The notes: a model not told the origin generated them from the letters alone. Positions 49,316 through 59,539 are shown, numbered from the stretch's first letter. The stretch: DNA of 64,000 nucleotides from a virus (IMGVR_UViG_2513237368_000009); one strand, 5' to 3'. Made by a program: numbers and translations.

Positions 49316-50660
49316 AAGACTCATAGCTAATATCGTCAATATTTTTATCCGAACGTACACTCTTGAACGTTGGGAATCTCAGTGACTTACCACCATTTTG
49401 ATTTTCACTCTCTTCAAAATACTGAACATCAATGATTTTACCGATAATATCTTCAGGGTTATTCCAGTATTTAACTCTATCATCTTCAGTAAAACCAGAT
49501 CCAACTTGAACCTCAAAATCTTTGAATTGAATAATAACTCCACCTAGCTTATTCTTATTTGCTCCCGTTCCCTCATAAACGTCTTTTACGAGTACGTCTG
49601 CATTAAAGAATTGCTTAATCTTCAATAGGTCTGGTGTACGTTTTGTCTTATAAAAGCTGTCATTAAAGTTGAGCATGAGTCCTTCCCAACCTAACTTCTT
49701 AACTTTCTCATCTTGCAGTTTTGCAATAATGCTAGTATCATTTCCAGAATACAATGTAGGAACGATTTTTAATTTGAAATCTGTGGCAACCATATCATAA
49801 CTTGATGTGAATGTTACATATGATTCAGCCAACTTAGATTTTCTGTCAAGATAAGCTAGTTTAGATTCGCCCTCAAAAAATTCATCAAGTGGTAACCAGT
49901 CAAATACATTAAATAAAATACCAGTTTTATCAGCTTTGTCATTTTTCAATACTTTTGCTGTTGCTCTGAATAGGTCTTTAGTTTCGAGATTATCCTTATT
50001 ATCCAGAACTAGTTCACCATCTAATACTACTGGCTTACCTTGATTGATAATATTTGCCAATACCTCAACTTGTTTTCCCAATAGGTCAAGTCCAACATAT
50101 CTAATTCCTTGTCGTGTGAAGAATGCGACCTCGACACCATCACAGATAGCAACACAACGGTGTCCATCTAGTTTTTGTGTGATACTAAAATCTCTTCCAC
50201 TTTCAACTCTGTCTGGATATTTGTTCATAGGATAAGCCAACTGGCAACTGAACTCCTTGATAAAGCCTTTACACAATGCTTTGTTAATCGACTTAGCTGT
50301 GATCCCAACTTTGATATTCTTAGCAAAAATGTTAAGGATAAATTGTTCAACGCTTTCTGAATACTTCTTAGCGAAATTTTTAATGTTCGATACTACTTGT
50401 AATTTACCAGTATTGTTTTCTTCAACATATTCCATTAATTCAAGAATGTTGTTAAAATCTTGATCTGGTTCAACCAAATCAGTTACCGACATTTTCTTTG
50501 TACTGATACCTGTACGGATAAAATCGTCAAACACAAATTTCAAGACTTCTTTGAATAATATGTTATCCTCATTTTCTTTAATGATAGATACCTTTTCATT
50601 TTTTGAAGATGTTTCAGAGATACGCTGGAAGATAGTTGCTATTTCGATAATGTTTTGCAT
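49314..50660 (-). CDS. ATP-dependent DNA ligase
   Basis: motif I KLDGHR (KxDG), EGLMLNF motif IV, K-rich motif V. Confidence 0.6.
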   Translation of the reverse strand: MQNIIEIATIFQRISETSSKNEKVSIIKENEDNILFKEVLKFVFDDFIRTGISTKKMSVTDLVEPDQDFNNILELMEYVEENNTGKLQVVSNIKNFAKKYSESVEQFILNIFAKNIKVGITAKSINKALCKGFIKEFSCQLAYPMNKYPDRVESGRDFSITQKLDGHRCVAICDGVEVAFFTRQGIRYVGLDLLGKQVEVLANIINQGKPVVLDGELVLDNKDNLETKDLFRATAKVLKNDKADKTGILFNVFDWLPLDEFFEGESKLAYLDRKSKLAESYVTFTSSYDMVATDFKLKIVPTLYSGNDTSIIAKLQDEKVKKLGWEGLMLNFNDSFYKTKRTPDLLKIKQFFNADVLVKDVYEGTGANKNKLGGVIIQFKDFEVQVGSGFTEDDRVKYWNNPEDIIGKIIDVQYFEESENQNGGKSLRFPTFKSVRSDKNIDDISYES

Positions 50661-51361
50661 TGTGATTTCTCCTTTTTTATGTCAAATTTATTTTCAATTC
50701 TTGTCTTAGCTACGTCAAAATACTCTTCGTTTAGCTCTATGCCAATAAATCTACGTTTTAGGTTTAAGGCTGCTATGCCTGTTGACCCACTACCCATGAA
50801 ACAGTCCAATACTATGTCATTCTCATTACTGTGTCGTAATATCAATTCTTCCATTAGTTCTACAGGCTTTTGTGTTGGATGAAACTTATTCTTACCAGAT
50901 ACAATAGGATATCTTAATTCAGAACGGTCATACTTATCTGATTGTCTATTGAAAGTCCATTTGCCCTTCTTAATAGCTACTATTGCAAATTCATAATCAA
51001 CAATATATCTTCTATCTCTATTTCTTGGCATTGGATTGGTCTTTTCCCATCTAATAAGGTCTTTTACTATCAATCCTGATTTTTCTAATTCTTTTGCGAT
51101 ATCCCCTAAATTTTTCCAATCATTAAACACGATCAACGTACCACCACGTTTAAGGGTACGAGCAGCATCACTTATCCATGTGAGAATGTCTGCATCATGA
51201 TCCCATGTACCAAAATCAATGCTACTTCTACCCATAGTGTCAAAGTTGTTATCTTTGGCAATATTATATGGAGGGTCTGTTAGAACTAAGTCAATGCTTT
51301 CATTGGGTATCTTTTTCATTGCCACAAGACAATCGCCATTTTGCAAGGCATATTTACTCAT
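50639..51361 (-). CDS. DNA methyltransferase (N6-adenine/N4-cytosine, DPPY class)
   Basis: LVLTDPPYNI and FMGSGSTGIAA (AdoMet motif I). Confidence 0.65.
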   Translation of the reverse strand: MSKYALQNGDCLVAMKKIPNESIDLVLTDPPYNIAKDNNFDTMGRSSIDFGTWDHDADILTWISDAARTLKRGGTLIVFNDWKNLGDIAKELEKSGLIVKDLIRWEKTNPMPRNRDRRYIVDYEFAIVAIKKGKWTFNRQSDKYDRSELRYPIVSGKNKFHPTQKPVELMEELILRHSNENDIVLDCFMGSGSTGIAALNLKRRFIGIELNEEYFDVAKTRIENKFDIKKEKSQCKTLSK

Positions 51362-52151
51362 GAACCAACTCCCCCTTCGCCTTTATGTCAATATTACTAC
51401 TATTGATACGCTCTTTAGCAATGTAAAAATAATCATCTTCCTTTTCAATACCCAAAAATCTACGACTAGTATTTAAACAGGCGACACCAGTTGAACCTGA
51501 ACCCATACAGTTATCTAACACTAGGTCATTTTCATTTGTATAAGTTTTTATGAGATATTCAAGTAATTCAACGGGCTTTTGGGTCGGATGCAGCCTATCC
51601 TTGTTTACAATGTTAGATACAGTAACTATACTTGTGGGATATTTCATATTGCTATCCTGAGCTTTTGTATAATTCTTGTGATCATAACTTCCGTACACTT
51701 TGCTATTGTCCATACTATTGCCTTTGTTTTCCCATTTCTTACCTCGTGAATGACTTGGCTCTCCACCTTCTGTCATTTGAGGATTATAGATTGGCAATTT
51801 TTTGTAGAACACAAGAATATCCTCATGTTTGCGCAAAGGCATTCGATTTGCATTAAGAAAACCTGTTGTCCTAACTTTGTCCCAAACCAACGTGTATCTA
51901 TACATTCTCTCATTTGATAAGATTAACTTAGCAGAGAAAGCGTTCTGACCAAACAGTACGATAGCACCATTTTCCTTAATGACTCTTTTATACTCTTTCC
52001 ATAATTCATCAAAAGGAATAATGCTATCCCATTTATTATGAGTAACCTTACCATACGGTAGATCACATAGAATCATGTCAATACTTCCATTAGGTATCTT
52101 CTGCATTACTTCAAGACAATCACCCTTTTGTAAGGCATATTTATTACTCAT
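51354..52151 (-). CDS. DNA methyltransferase (second, DPPY-like class)
   Basis: ILCDLPYGKV and CMGSGSTGVAC motifs. Confidence 0.6.
   Translation of the reverse strand: MSNKYALQKGDCLEVMQKIPNGSIDMILCDLPYGKVTHNKWDSIIPFDELWKEYKRVIKENGAIVLFGQNAFSAKLILSNERMYRYTLVWDKVRTTGFLNANRMPLRKHEDILVFYKKLPIYNPQMTEGGEPSHSRGKKWENKGNSMDNSKVYGSYDHKNYTKAQDSNMKYPTSIVTVSNIVNKDRLHPTQKPVELLEYLIKTYTNENDLVLDNCMGSGSTGVACLNTSRRFLGIEKEDDYFYIAKERINSSNIDIKAKGELVHE
51385..51408 (-). promoter_or_regulatory. conserved motif, exact copy, inside 3' end of upstream MTase gene and just upstream of downstream MTase SD
   Basis: minus: TATCAATAGTAGTAATATTGACAT then AAAGGCGAAGGGGGAG ATG. Confidence 0.55.
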
Positions 52152-52527
52152 CTTTGGCTTTCCTCTTGCTTTCTACATAATCATTAATTGTTTGCGCATA
52201 AACAATTTGTTTCTGCAATTCACCGTACATTAGTTCTAGAGGTTCGCCATCAAAGTTATAGTCCAGAACAAAGAAGAGGACTGCGTCTTTTCTTGCTTGT
52301 TTGCCTAGTCCGAAAAGAACCATTTTATTGGTTTTGCAGATTTCTTGTGCGACACTCTCAAAGTTACTGTAAGTCTGCTTGTAAGAGCTGTACGCAATCT
52401 GTTTCTTGCATAAAAGTAAACGTGTTGTCTTAATACCTTTCATGACTTCAACCAGTTTCTCGTTTGTGCTTTTCTTAAAATCCAAATATTTAATTGGCTT
52501 CAATGTCAAATCATCTAAAACTGTCAT
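52144..52527 (-). CDS. hypothetical protein
   Basis: ORF track. Confidence 0.4.
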   Translation of the reverse strand: MTVLDDLTLKPIKYLDFKKSTNEKLVEVMKGIKTTRLLLCKKQIAYSSYKQTYSNFESVAQEICKTNKMVLFGLGKQARKDAVLFFVLDYNFDGEPLELMYGELQKQIVYAQTINDYVESKRKAKDE

Positions 52528-55500
52528 TTAACCTCACCTTTTCTAATAAATTTAATCTTTTGCAACCATATATCCTTGTCTGTTGGGTGTTTAGTCCACA
52601 CTCCGTCAATCAACACTGATTTAGGTTTCTCTTCATACTGTTGTATCTCGATAAGATCTCCAGCCTTAAACGGTACTTCCTTATAAGCTCTGCTACCTAT
52701 TAACACTTGTACTTCGCTACCAGTCTTAATAGAATAGAATATTGCTCTAGTTCTAGTCCTTCTCACATCTGCATCAACAACAAACGCATACTTAGCTGGT
52801 AGACTTGCGTTTACTAAATTACATTTACCTGTATAGAACAATTCATATTCCAACTTGGTAATAAATGGATAATCGCTATCTTCTAAGTTGTCTTCGTATT
52901 CAACACACATGAGGTACTTCTTAGCCTTGCCAGACAATGTCTTATTCTTTGGCTTATAGTTCTTCATGAAATAGTCGTATATCTTTTGTAGCTTTTCAGA
53001 CTTCCCAAAATCAACGAAATAATCTAATCTGATAAGACTTTCTATCTTGGTACGATTAATTGCATACTTGCTCTGATGTAACGATATCTCCTCGGCTTTT
53101 AATTGCTTGTCCATTGCCTTTAATTCTTCTTCTGACTTCGTTCTGTAAATTGTCTCAATATCAACGTTGTCACCATTTTCTAAGGTAATATATGAGTTAT
53201 CATTAATCTTCAACAACAATTCAACAAAGCTACTGTAGTCTTGTAATTGAGATATCTCATATAAATCGTCTCCAACCTGAGCATTGTTCCCCTTAATCGG
53301 CTCAGTTCCACTATATATAGAATTGTCGTCCCTATTCATGAAATACAAACCTTTAGATTTACCAAACTTAGTTTGTTTTAAATCAATACCATGTGCATCC
53401 GCATATCTTGTAACCTTATTGATCTTGTCTTGATTGCCACCCCATATTTCAAAAGCGGCGGTACAAAATTCAAGGGGATAATAATATCTTAACCACGTTG
53501 CGATATATCCAATGTATGAATATGCCATTGAATGATTAACTGAAAAACCATAATTAACAGCATCCATAAACACCTGTATAAATCTATCCGCAACTTCATT
53601 TGCATGTTCTTCAGTATCGCCGTATTCTTTAATCATTGTTTTGACAAAAGAAGGCTTAATCTTTGGTACTTCCTCGTCCATAATCGACTGGAGTTTCTTA
53701 CCGATCCCACGTCTAATCAAATCTGCTTGTCCATAATTCCAACCACAAAACTTAACCAGAAATTCAATTAATTGTTCTTGATATACTAAGTTACCTAGGG
53801 TTGGAGCTAAGAAATCATTTAATGCTTTATGACCATTATCTGTAAATCGACCTTCTGTTACAGATTCGAGGTAACTTGCCCCACTAGGTCTTTGCGCTGC
53901 ATTAGCAAGACTCAACAGATCAATGAATTTGATATCGGGTACTTTTTCTTTAATTCTGTCAATCGTTTCATCAGAGAACAAATGTCTTAATATGCTACCC
54001 GCACGCTCTCCTTCAAATTGAAAGATACCAATGTTCGATTCTGTCATTGACTTCCAAACTTTTTCATCTTGAAAATCAATAACTTCTGAACTATCAGGCG
54101 TTAAGAATGGTAAACCAGCCAATTCACAAGTTTTTGTAATCAGACCTAAGTTATCCAAACCTAAAACATCAAATTTCGTAAAGTTACAATAATCAATTTC
54201 TTTCATGTACACCTGTGTTACTGGATAGTCCCAACCACTAACGGTTTGAGTTCCCATTACATCATCAATAGGTTCTGTGCTAACGACAATTCCACAAGCA
54301 TGTCTACCAAATGAATCAATGACACCAACTATCTCCTTGGCTGTATCAAACAATTCTTTATGAGCTTGATATATTGAATCTGGATAGTTGTCTTTAATAT
54401 CTATCTGATTACATATCCCCTGAATTTCAAATGGAGATTTATCTTTGTAACCGTCCATTCCTTTTGCAATAACCTTGATTGCTCCTTTTAGACCATAAGT
54501 GTTAGCCGTCATGATAGAGGCACAATACAAGTTAGGGTTAGTTAATAGCCACTTTTGTACTTCGACTTTGTCTTTTCCTGACCAATCATGATCAATATCT
54601 GCGAGACTGATTCGCTCAGGGTTCATGAATCTCTCAAAGTTGAGTCCATGTTTAATTGAATCCATTTCTGTTGAATGCAGTAGATAAGCTATAAGACTGC
54701 CACTTACCGAACCACGGCTATACCCGACATTTCTTCCTTGTTTCTTAGCCTCTTGAATCATTAACCAATCTGCAAGCATATAACTGATTGCTCCGTTATG
54801 CTTATATACCTTGTATTCATGGTTTACACGTTTCATGTATTTCTCTAGTTTTTCTTTAGGGAACTTCAAGATTCCCCTATCTTTCATACCTTTAATAATT
54901 AACTCTTTGAACTTTCCCTCTTCGTCTTTGAAAAGATGTGGATATTTATGACTTCTATCCAACTCGAAATCTTCAACTTGACTCTCAATTTCCATTGTTG
55001 CGTCCAATGCTTGCTCAACAATATCTTCGTCAACAATTCCTTGCTGTCTGAAAGATTCCTTCATTTCGTCATAGTCTTTACACCACAACTCAAACTTGTC
55101 ATCGCCCTCGTATGAAGACCCTTTACCATTCTTAATCATTAACCTAATGTCATTATGTCTTGGGTTAAGTGCATGAATATCATTAGATGCTATGAGCTTT
55201 AAGTCATATTTTTCGGCAAGTTTCAATAACAACTTGTTGTATTCTTTCTGATCTTCGTCAAGGTGAGGTTGTATTTCAAGATATACACGTTCCTTATTAT
55301 TTATGATAAAGTCCATCCATTGATTGAAATACTCTTTGTTACCCTCGACCTTCTTGTCGCTTTGGTGGTTATAATGAGGACTGTTTTGCCACAATGCCCC
55401 AGCCAGACAAGCTGTTGTAACAAAGATATTGTCACTAGTCTTGACTAAATCACTGAACAGAACTCGTGGTTTATAATAGAAATGCCCGTCTTTTCTGTTG

Positions 55501-55823
55501 AAAGATGCAGAAGACAATTTGTTTATTTCCTTTACACCTTCATAATTCTTAGCAATCAAGATTGTATGATAACCACGATTTTTTTCTTCTAAATCCATGG
55601 TCACGTATGCTTCAATTCCGTGAATATACTTCATACCACTATCATTTATAGCCATTTTGTGTTTCATCCAACGTGCAACATTACCGTGATTTGTAATACA
55701 TACCGCTGGTAGTTCATGTTCCTTGGCATATTTAACGTAATCTGCATATTGAGTGACCACTTCAAAATATCCACCAGCATTAGATTCATCGGTATGTTGA
55801 TGTAAACTTACCCATTTCTTCAT
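52524..55823 (-). CDS. dnaE: DNA polymerase III alpha subunit-like (DnaE-type, PHP domain) replicative polymerase
   Basis: N-terminal PHP motif VSLHQHTDESNAGG; 1099 aa. Confidence 0.6.
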   Translation of the reverse strand: MKKWVSLHQHTDESNAGGYFEVVTQYADYVKYAKEHELPAVCITNHGNVARWMKHKMAINDSGMKYIHGIEAYVTMDLEEKNRGYHTILIAKNYEGVKEINKLSSASFNRKDGHFYYKPRVLFSDLVKTSDNIFVTTACLAGALWQNSPHYNHQSDKKVEGNKEYFNQWMDFIINNKERVYLEIQPHLDEDQKEYNKLLLKLAEKYDLKLIASNDIHALNPRHNDIRLMIKNGKGSSYEGDDKFELWCKDYDEMKESFRQQGIVDEDIVEQALDATMEIESQVEDFELDRSHKYPHLFKDEEGKFKELIIKGMKDRGILKFPKEKLEKYMKRVNHEYKVYKHNGAISYMLADWLMIQEAKKQGRNVGYSRGSVSGSLIAYLLHSTEMDSIKHGLNFERFMNPERISLADIDHDWSGKDKVEVQKWLLTNPNLYCASIMTANTYGLKGAIKVIAKGMDGYKDKSPFEIQGICNQIDIKDNYPDSIYQAHKELFDTAKEIVGVIDSFGRHACGIVVSTEPIDDVMGTQTVSGWDYPVTQVYMKEIDYCNFTKFDVLGLDNLGLITKTCELAGLPFLTPDSSEVIDFQDEKVWKSMTESNIGIFQFEGERAGSILRHLFSDETIDRIKEKVPDIKFIDLLSLANAAQRPSGASYLESVTEGRFTDNGHKALNDFLAPTLGNLVYQEQLIEFLVKFCGWNYGQADLIRRGIGKKLQSIMDEEVPKIKPSFVKTMIKEYGDTEEHANEVADRFIQVFMDAVNYGFSVNHSMAYSYIGYIATWLRYYYPLEFCTAAFEIWGGNQDKINKVTRYADAHGIDLKQTKFGKSKGLYFMNRDDNSIYSGTEPIKGNNAQVGDDLYEISQLQDYSSFVELLLKINDNSYITLENGDNVDIETIYRTKSEEELKAMDKQLKAEEISLHQSKYAINRTKIESLIRLDYFVDFGKSEKLQKIYDYFMKNYKPKNKTLSGKAKKYLMCVEYEDNLEDSDYPFITKLEYELFYTGKCNLVNASLPAKYAFVVDADVRRTRTRAIFYSIKTGSEVQVLIGSRAYKEVPFKAGDLIEIQQYEEKPKSVLIDGVWTKHPTDKDIWLQKIKFIRKGEVK

Positions 55824-55832
55824 AACACCCTC

Positions 55833-56051
55833 CTAATCTAGTATCTCTAATACATTCTTAAACTTTTTACTGGCATGTTTGACACTAGCCAACCCAATAA
55901 TCTTGACTGTCTTAGCACCACGTACCGTTGCTACGCTTGCTAATTTACCAATCTTCGCATTGCTCCGACCAACGCCTTTTGGAATATACCACATGTAAAT
56001 TTTGTCATTAGCTAAATGCTTAGCTAGAATTGTATTAACAGAAACCTTCAT
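55833..56051 (-). CDS. hypothetical protein
   Basis: ORF track; AGGAGGAG RBS. Confidence 0.4.
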   Translation of the reverse strand: MKVSVNTILAKHLANDKIYMWYIPKGVGRSNAKIGKLASVATVRGAKTVKIIGLASVKHASKKFKNVLEILD

Positions 56052-56068
56052 AACTTACTCCTCCTAAA

Positions 56069-56090
56069 ATGTTAATATTACTACTAGTTC
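56069..56090 (-). promoter_or_regulatory. conserved motif copy (minus: GAACTAGTAGTAATATTAACAT), abuts SD
   Basis: then TTTAGGAGGAG ATG. Confidence 0.5.
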
Positions 56091-57244
56091 AACAATAAAT
56101 TTAAAAGATCATCATCATTTGTGCTGCTTTCATCTTCGCCACCAAAGATATCATTAACTTCCAAACTTTCCGTTACTTCTGGCTCAATCATGCCATTTTC
56201 TTCCTTAAATTCTCTGCTTGAATGATATGCACACAACTTTTTGCAATAGAAATTATCGGGATCGTAAGGATAATTTATCTCCAAATAAGTCTTGATATCT
56301 TCCTTGCTTTCTAAGTCATAGATATCGTTGCAGTAGCCAGTAATCTTCTTTTCCAATTTATCACAAGTCTCTTCACTGATTTTTACTTCAATGTAGTAGT
56401 TTGTGATAAAGAACTGCTTTTGAATTGACTCTGGCAGATTATCCATGTTGTTGAAATCACTGGCCGTCTTAATCATTTCTTCTGCGGTGATTGGATCAAT
56501 GTCAACCTTTGGCAACTTCGTTTTGAGTTTGTTAGCCATCTTAGTTACCCACTGTGAACGCTCTTGTGCTGATGTCTTCCATTTACCACTTTCCAATTGA
56601 TAATGAACGGTACAATACTTTTGCATATCGAACTTACACTTAATCTTGTCGTAAGGTATGCCCGTTCTCTGATGTTCTGCTATTGCATAAAGTAATAGCT
56701 GCATTGATTTCTTTGGTAAATTTTTAGGTGTAAATGTTGTCTTACTTGATGTCTTAAAATCAATCAAATGCAAGTTTCCATCTTCGTCAGTGTATTCACT
56801 ATCGACATAACCCACAAACACAAGGAGTTTACCGTCTTTGTCATGCAATTTTGCAATGACTGGCTTTTCATTTCTTACTGGATAATTCAAACCTTCAGTA
56901 TGTTTAAAATAATGAGTAAGATTATCTAAATAACCACTTTCAATCTTCTTTGTATCAAACTGAAACGAGGTTGGGTCGTCTTCCCATCTTTCGACAAAAC
57001 TAGCCCATGATTTACTCATTTCGGCACGATCAATCTTCTTTGCAAGATAATCTTGAATGATTTCATGACATTCTGAACCAAAAATCGTATATACATTATC
57101 CGTATTAATCCTTCTCTTCTCAATGTATAGCATGTTATACGCCCATGGACATTCTAGGAACGTACTAATACGAGAAAAAGACCAGATACGATCTACTTTG
57201 AACTTTTCTTTTAAAGCGTTTAAATCTTCATGTTTTAATCTCAT
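56084..57244 (-). CDS. PD-(D/E)xK (RecB/Cas4-like) exonuclease
   Basis: FSRISTFLECPWAY N-terminal, HLIDFKTSSK (DxK-like), C-terminal Cys cluster. Confidence 0.45.
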   Translation of the reverse strand: MRLKHEDLNALKEKFKVDRIWSFSRISTFLECPWAYNMLYIEKRRINTDNVYTIFGSECHEIIQDYLAKKIDRAEMSKSWASFVERWEDDPTSFQFDTKKIESGYLDNLTHYFKHTEGLNYPVRNEKPVIAKLHDKDGKLLVFVGYVDSEYTDEDGNLHLIDFKTSSKTTFTPKNLPKKSMQLLLYAIAEHQRTGIPYDKIKCKFDMQKYCTVHYQLESGKWKTSAQERSQWVTKMANKLKTKLPKVDIDPITAEEMIKTASDFNNMDNLPESIQKQFFITNYYIEVKISEETCDKLEKKITGYCNDIYDLESKEDIKTYLEINYPYDPDNFYCKKLCAYHSSREFKEENGMIEPEVTESLEVNDIFGGEDESSTNDDDLLNLLLN

Positions 57245-57296
57245 TTACACTCACCTTTCTTAATACGTTAATAACAGCATACCACTTTTGAAAAAT

Positions 57297-57321
57297 ATTG
57301 CAATATTACTACTATTGAAAC
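57297..57321 (-). promoter_or_regulatory. conserved motif copy (minus: GTTTCAATAGTAGTAATATTGCAAT) with TTGCAA-16-TATGCT
   Basis: reverse complement read. Confidence 0.5.
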
Positions 57322-58367
57322 TTTCTCCATTTGAATAAATAATCCCATTTAACTTTGCCTTCATCAATAGGAGATGAATTGTCTTCCAACAGGTCATGAC
57401 TATCGTATATATAGCTAACCTTTCGCATTCCTATAAACTTTTTGCATTCTGAAATCAGATATTTTTCTCCTAGATCTTCGTCCCCAGAATTAGACATAAC
57501 GTCCTTATCATAAGCAATAATAATCTCGCAATCTATACCAGTATTTTTTAGTATAAAGCTGACCTGTTCGTCACTCAATACGTGACCACCCAATGCGACT
57601 GAATATCCTTTATGATTTTCATATGTGAACTGTTTTAATACAGATTTTTCTCCCTCGAACAATATCATTTTGTTTTGCCTATTGATATTGTCTTTTGCCA
57701 TATTGTACCCGTATAAGTTGTTCATTTTTGAATAACCCTTAATATAATTCCAATATTTTGGAACGTCCAATTCTTTTGCAAGTTCTGAATCAAGTGTAGT
57801 TCTTCCCTTAACACCAACTATTTTGTCTGTTTCGTTCCAGTCATAATGAGGGAATATGATCCTACTCTTCTCTGCGTCAAAGCGGATATCAAACTCTCTT
57901 GCAACACTAGGTAGTATACCTTCTTCAATGACAGATTTATGAATACCGTTTGCAAATCTATCAAGATATGACTTGTTATATTTTTTATTTTCTATTTTAT
58001 GAATCCTGTTACCCTTTTTTGTGTATTCCTTAATGATACTCAATGGATCGATGAGTTTCTTGCCTTTGAACTTATTTGATAGCCCCAAACAGGCATGTAT
58101 TAAACCCATTGCGTCCTTAAACGAACTATTGGTAACCTTTTGTACAGCACCAATCAAATCACCAGAAAAATCAGAAGAATATATGGTTGTGTATAGATTC
58201 TCGTTGAGTTTGACCACAACACTTGTCTTATTATCACCATCTGGCAATGCACAACGGAGTTCATCATTTCCATTTATCCAGATGTCATGGAATCCAGCAG
58301 TCTCCAAAACTTTCGTTATTCTATCTGTTTCCTCTAGCAAATATCTTTTTAGTTCCCTAACTTCCAC
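57312..58367 (-). CDS. DNA primase (toprim/DnaG-like)
   Basis: LFEGEKS toprim Glu and IIAYDKDVMSNSGDED DxD motif. Confidence 0.5.
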   Translation of the reverse strand: MEVRELKRYLLEETDRITKVLETAGFHDIWINGNDELRCALPDGDNKTSVVVKLNENLYTTIYSSDFSGDLIGAVQKVTNSSFKDAMGLIHACLGLSNKFKGKKLIDPLSIIKEYTKKGNRIHKIENKKYNKSYLDRFANGIHKSVIEEGILPSVAREFDIRFDAEKSRIIFPHYDWNETDKIVGVKGRTTLDSELAKELDVPKYWNYIKGYSKMNNLYGYNMAKDNINRQNKMILFEGEKSVLKQFTYENHKGYSVALGGHVLSDEQVSFILKNTGIDCEIIIAYDKDVMSNSGDEDLGEKYLISECKKFIGMRKVSYIYDSHDLLEDNSSPIDEGKVKWDYLFKWRKFQ

Positions 58368-58381
58368 AACATCACCTCAAT

Positions 58382-58405
58382 TAATAGTAGACATATTACA
58401 ATATT
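58382..58405 (+). promoter_or_regulatory. degenerate motif copy (TAATAGTAGACATATTACAATATT) upstream of XRE gene
   Basis: partial consensus. Confidence 0.3.
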
Positions 58406-58564
58406 ATTGTATCATAAAGAGCATATATTTACTACTTAATACTAGAATTAATATACATTTACTAGAAAATAGACCGAACTAATGCTTTAATAATAATATT
58501 AAGACAAAAAGGAATGAAGACAAGCAAGACATACATATACTCGGTAAGTTGGTTTATGCAGTAA

Positions 58565-59215
58565 GTGGAAATTACATTGAATAATGGAGGCAACAAAATG
58601 ACATTTAAGGATTCAGACAAAATCTCTAAATCCAGAATTATTAATTTAAGAGAAAAGAACAATCTTACACAAAATGAACTAGCTGAAAAAGTAGGTATAA
58701 ATAGATCTGTTTTAAATCGCATAGAGAATGGCTCTCGTCATCTAAGAGATGATGAGGTAGTTAAATTAGCTAATTATTTTCATGTTTCGACTGACTATCT
58801 TCTTGGGAATGATAGAATGCGTTGCGAAAACCACATTGAAGCGATATCCAAAGATTCAGATGAAATACTTAAAACCAAAATCATTAATTTGAGAGAGAAA
58901 AATAAGCTCACACAAAATGGGCTTGCAGAAAAAGTTGGACTCGATGCTACTATAATTAGCAAGATTGAAAATGGAACAAGAAAAGTGTCTAGCTCTGAAT
59001 TAAACAGGTTTGCTAATATTTTCTCTGTGTCCGCTGATTATCTTCTTGGGAATACGTCCAATAGATATCAAGATGAAGTGGATCTAAAAGACTTTTTAGA
59101 TCAGAATTTCAATAAAGGTATGAGTTATGCAGATGAGGAACTTACTGACGAAGATAAACAAAGATTAAAAATTGCACTCACTCAGATTTTTTGGAAATAT
59201 CATAATAAAAAATGA
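58565..59215 (+). CDS. XRE-family transcriptional regulator with two tandem HTH domains
   Basis: duplicated IINLREKN(N/K)LTQNELAEKVG...IENGSR modules. Confidence 0.65.
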   Translation: MEITLNNGGNKMTFKDSDKISKSRIINLREKNNLTQNELAEKVGINRSVLNRIENGSRHLRDDEVVKLANYFHVSTDYLLGNDRMRCENHIEAISKDSDEILKTKIINLREKNKLTQNGLAEKVGLDATIISKIENGTRKVSSSELNRFANIFSVSADYLLGNTSNRYQDEVDLKDFLDQNFNKGMSYADEELTDEDKQRLKIALTQIFWKYHNKK

Positions 59216-59311
59216 ATGATAAAATCATAGTTTTATCATTCATTAAAAGTGCTATTCACATCCAGTTAAGGATTGCATGTACTCGAAAGTTTCCTTATTT
59301 TTTATTTTGAT

Positions 59312-59358
59312 AGATTCACGTTTTTCAGAAGTGAAAGACGTGAATCTATTTTCTTTAT
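59312..59358 (+). terminator. 10-bp perfect inverted repeat AGATTCACGT..16 nt..ACGTGAATCT followed by T-rich run (terminator or operator)
   Basis: seen directly 100 nt after XRE stop. Confidence 0.4.
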
Positions 59359-59467
59359 TAATAAGAAACTCTTTCTTTTTACGTTCTTTTGCATTGATAA
59401 GTTTTCTATTCATGAACATACCTCATTTATAGTGTACTTTAAAAGCCTGTTACTTTTGCAGAGTAAA

Positions 59468-59539
59468 CAGATCATGTTGGAATCGAACCAACGTCAAGAG
59501 TTTTGGAGACTCCTATTCTACCAATTGAACTAATGACCT
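59468..59539 (-). tRNA. tRNA-Trp (anticodon CCA)
   Basis: manual fold on minus strand: acceptor AGGTCAT/ATGATCT, D-arm GTTC-AATTGGTA-GAAT, anticodon arm GGAGT-CTCCAAA-ACTCT, T-arm GTTGG-TTCGATT-CCAAC. Confidence 0.65.

Noticed and set aside
59273-59533. Track ORF (86 aa, +) overlapping tRNA-Trp
   Set aside because: It overlaps the minus-strand tRNA-Trp and the terminator palindrome, has no RBS, and is low-complexity.
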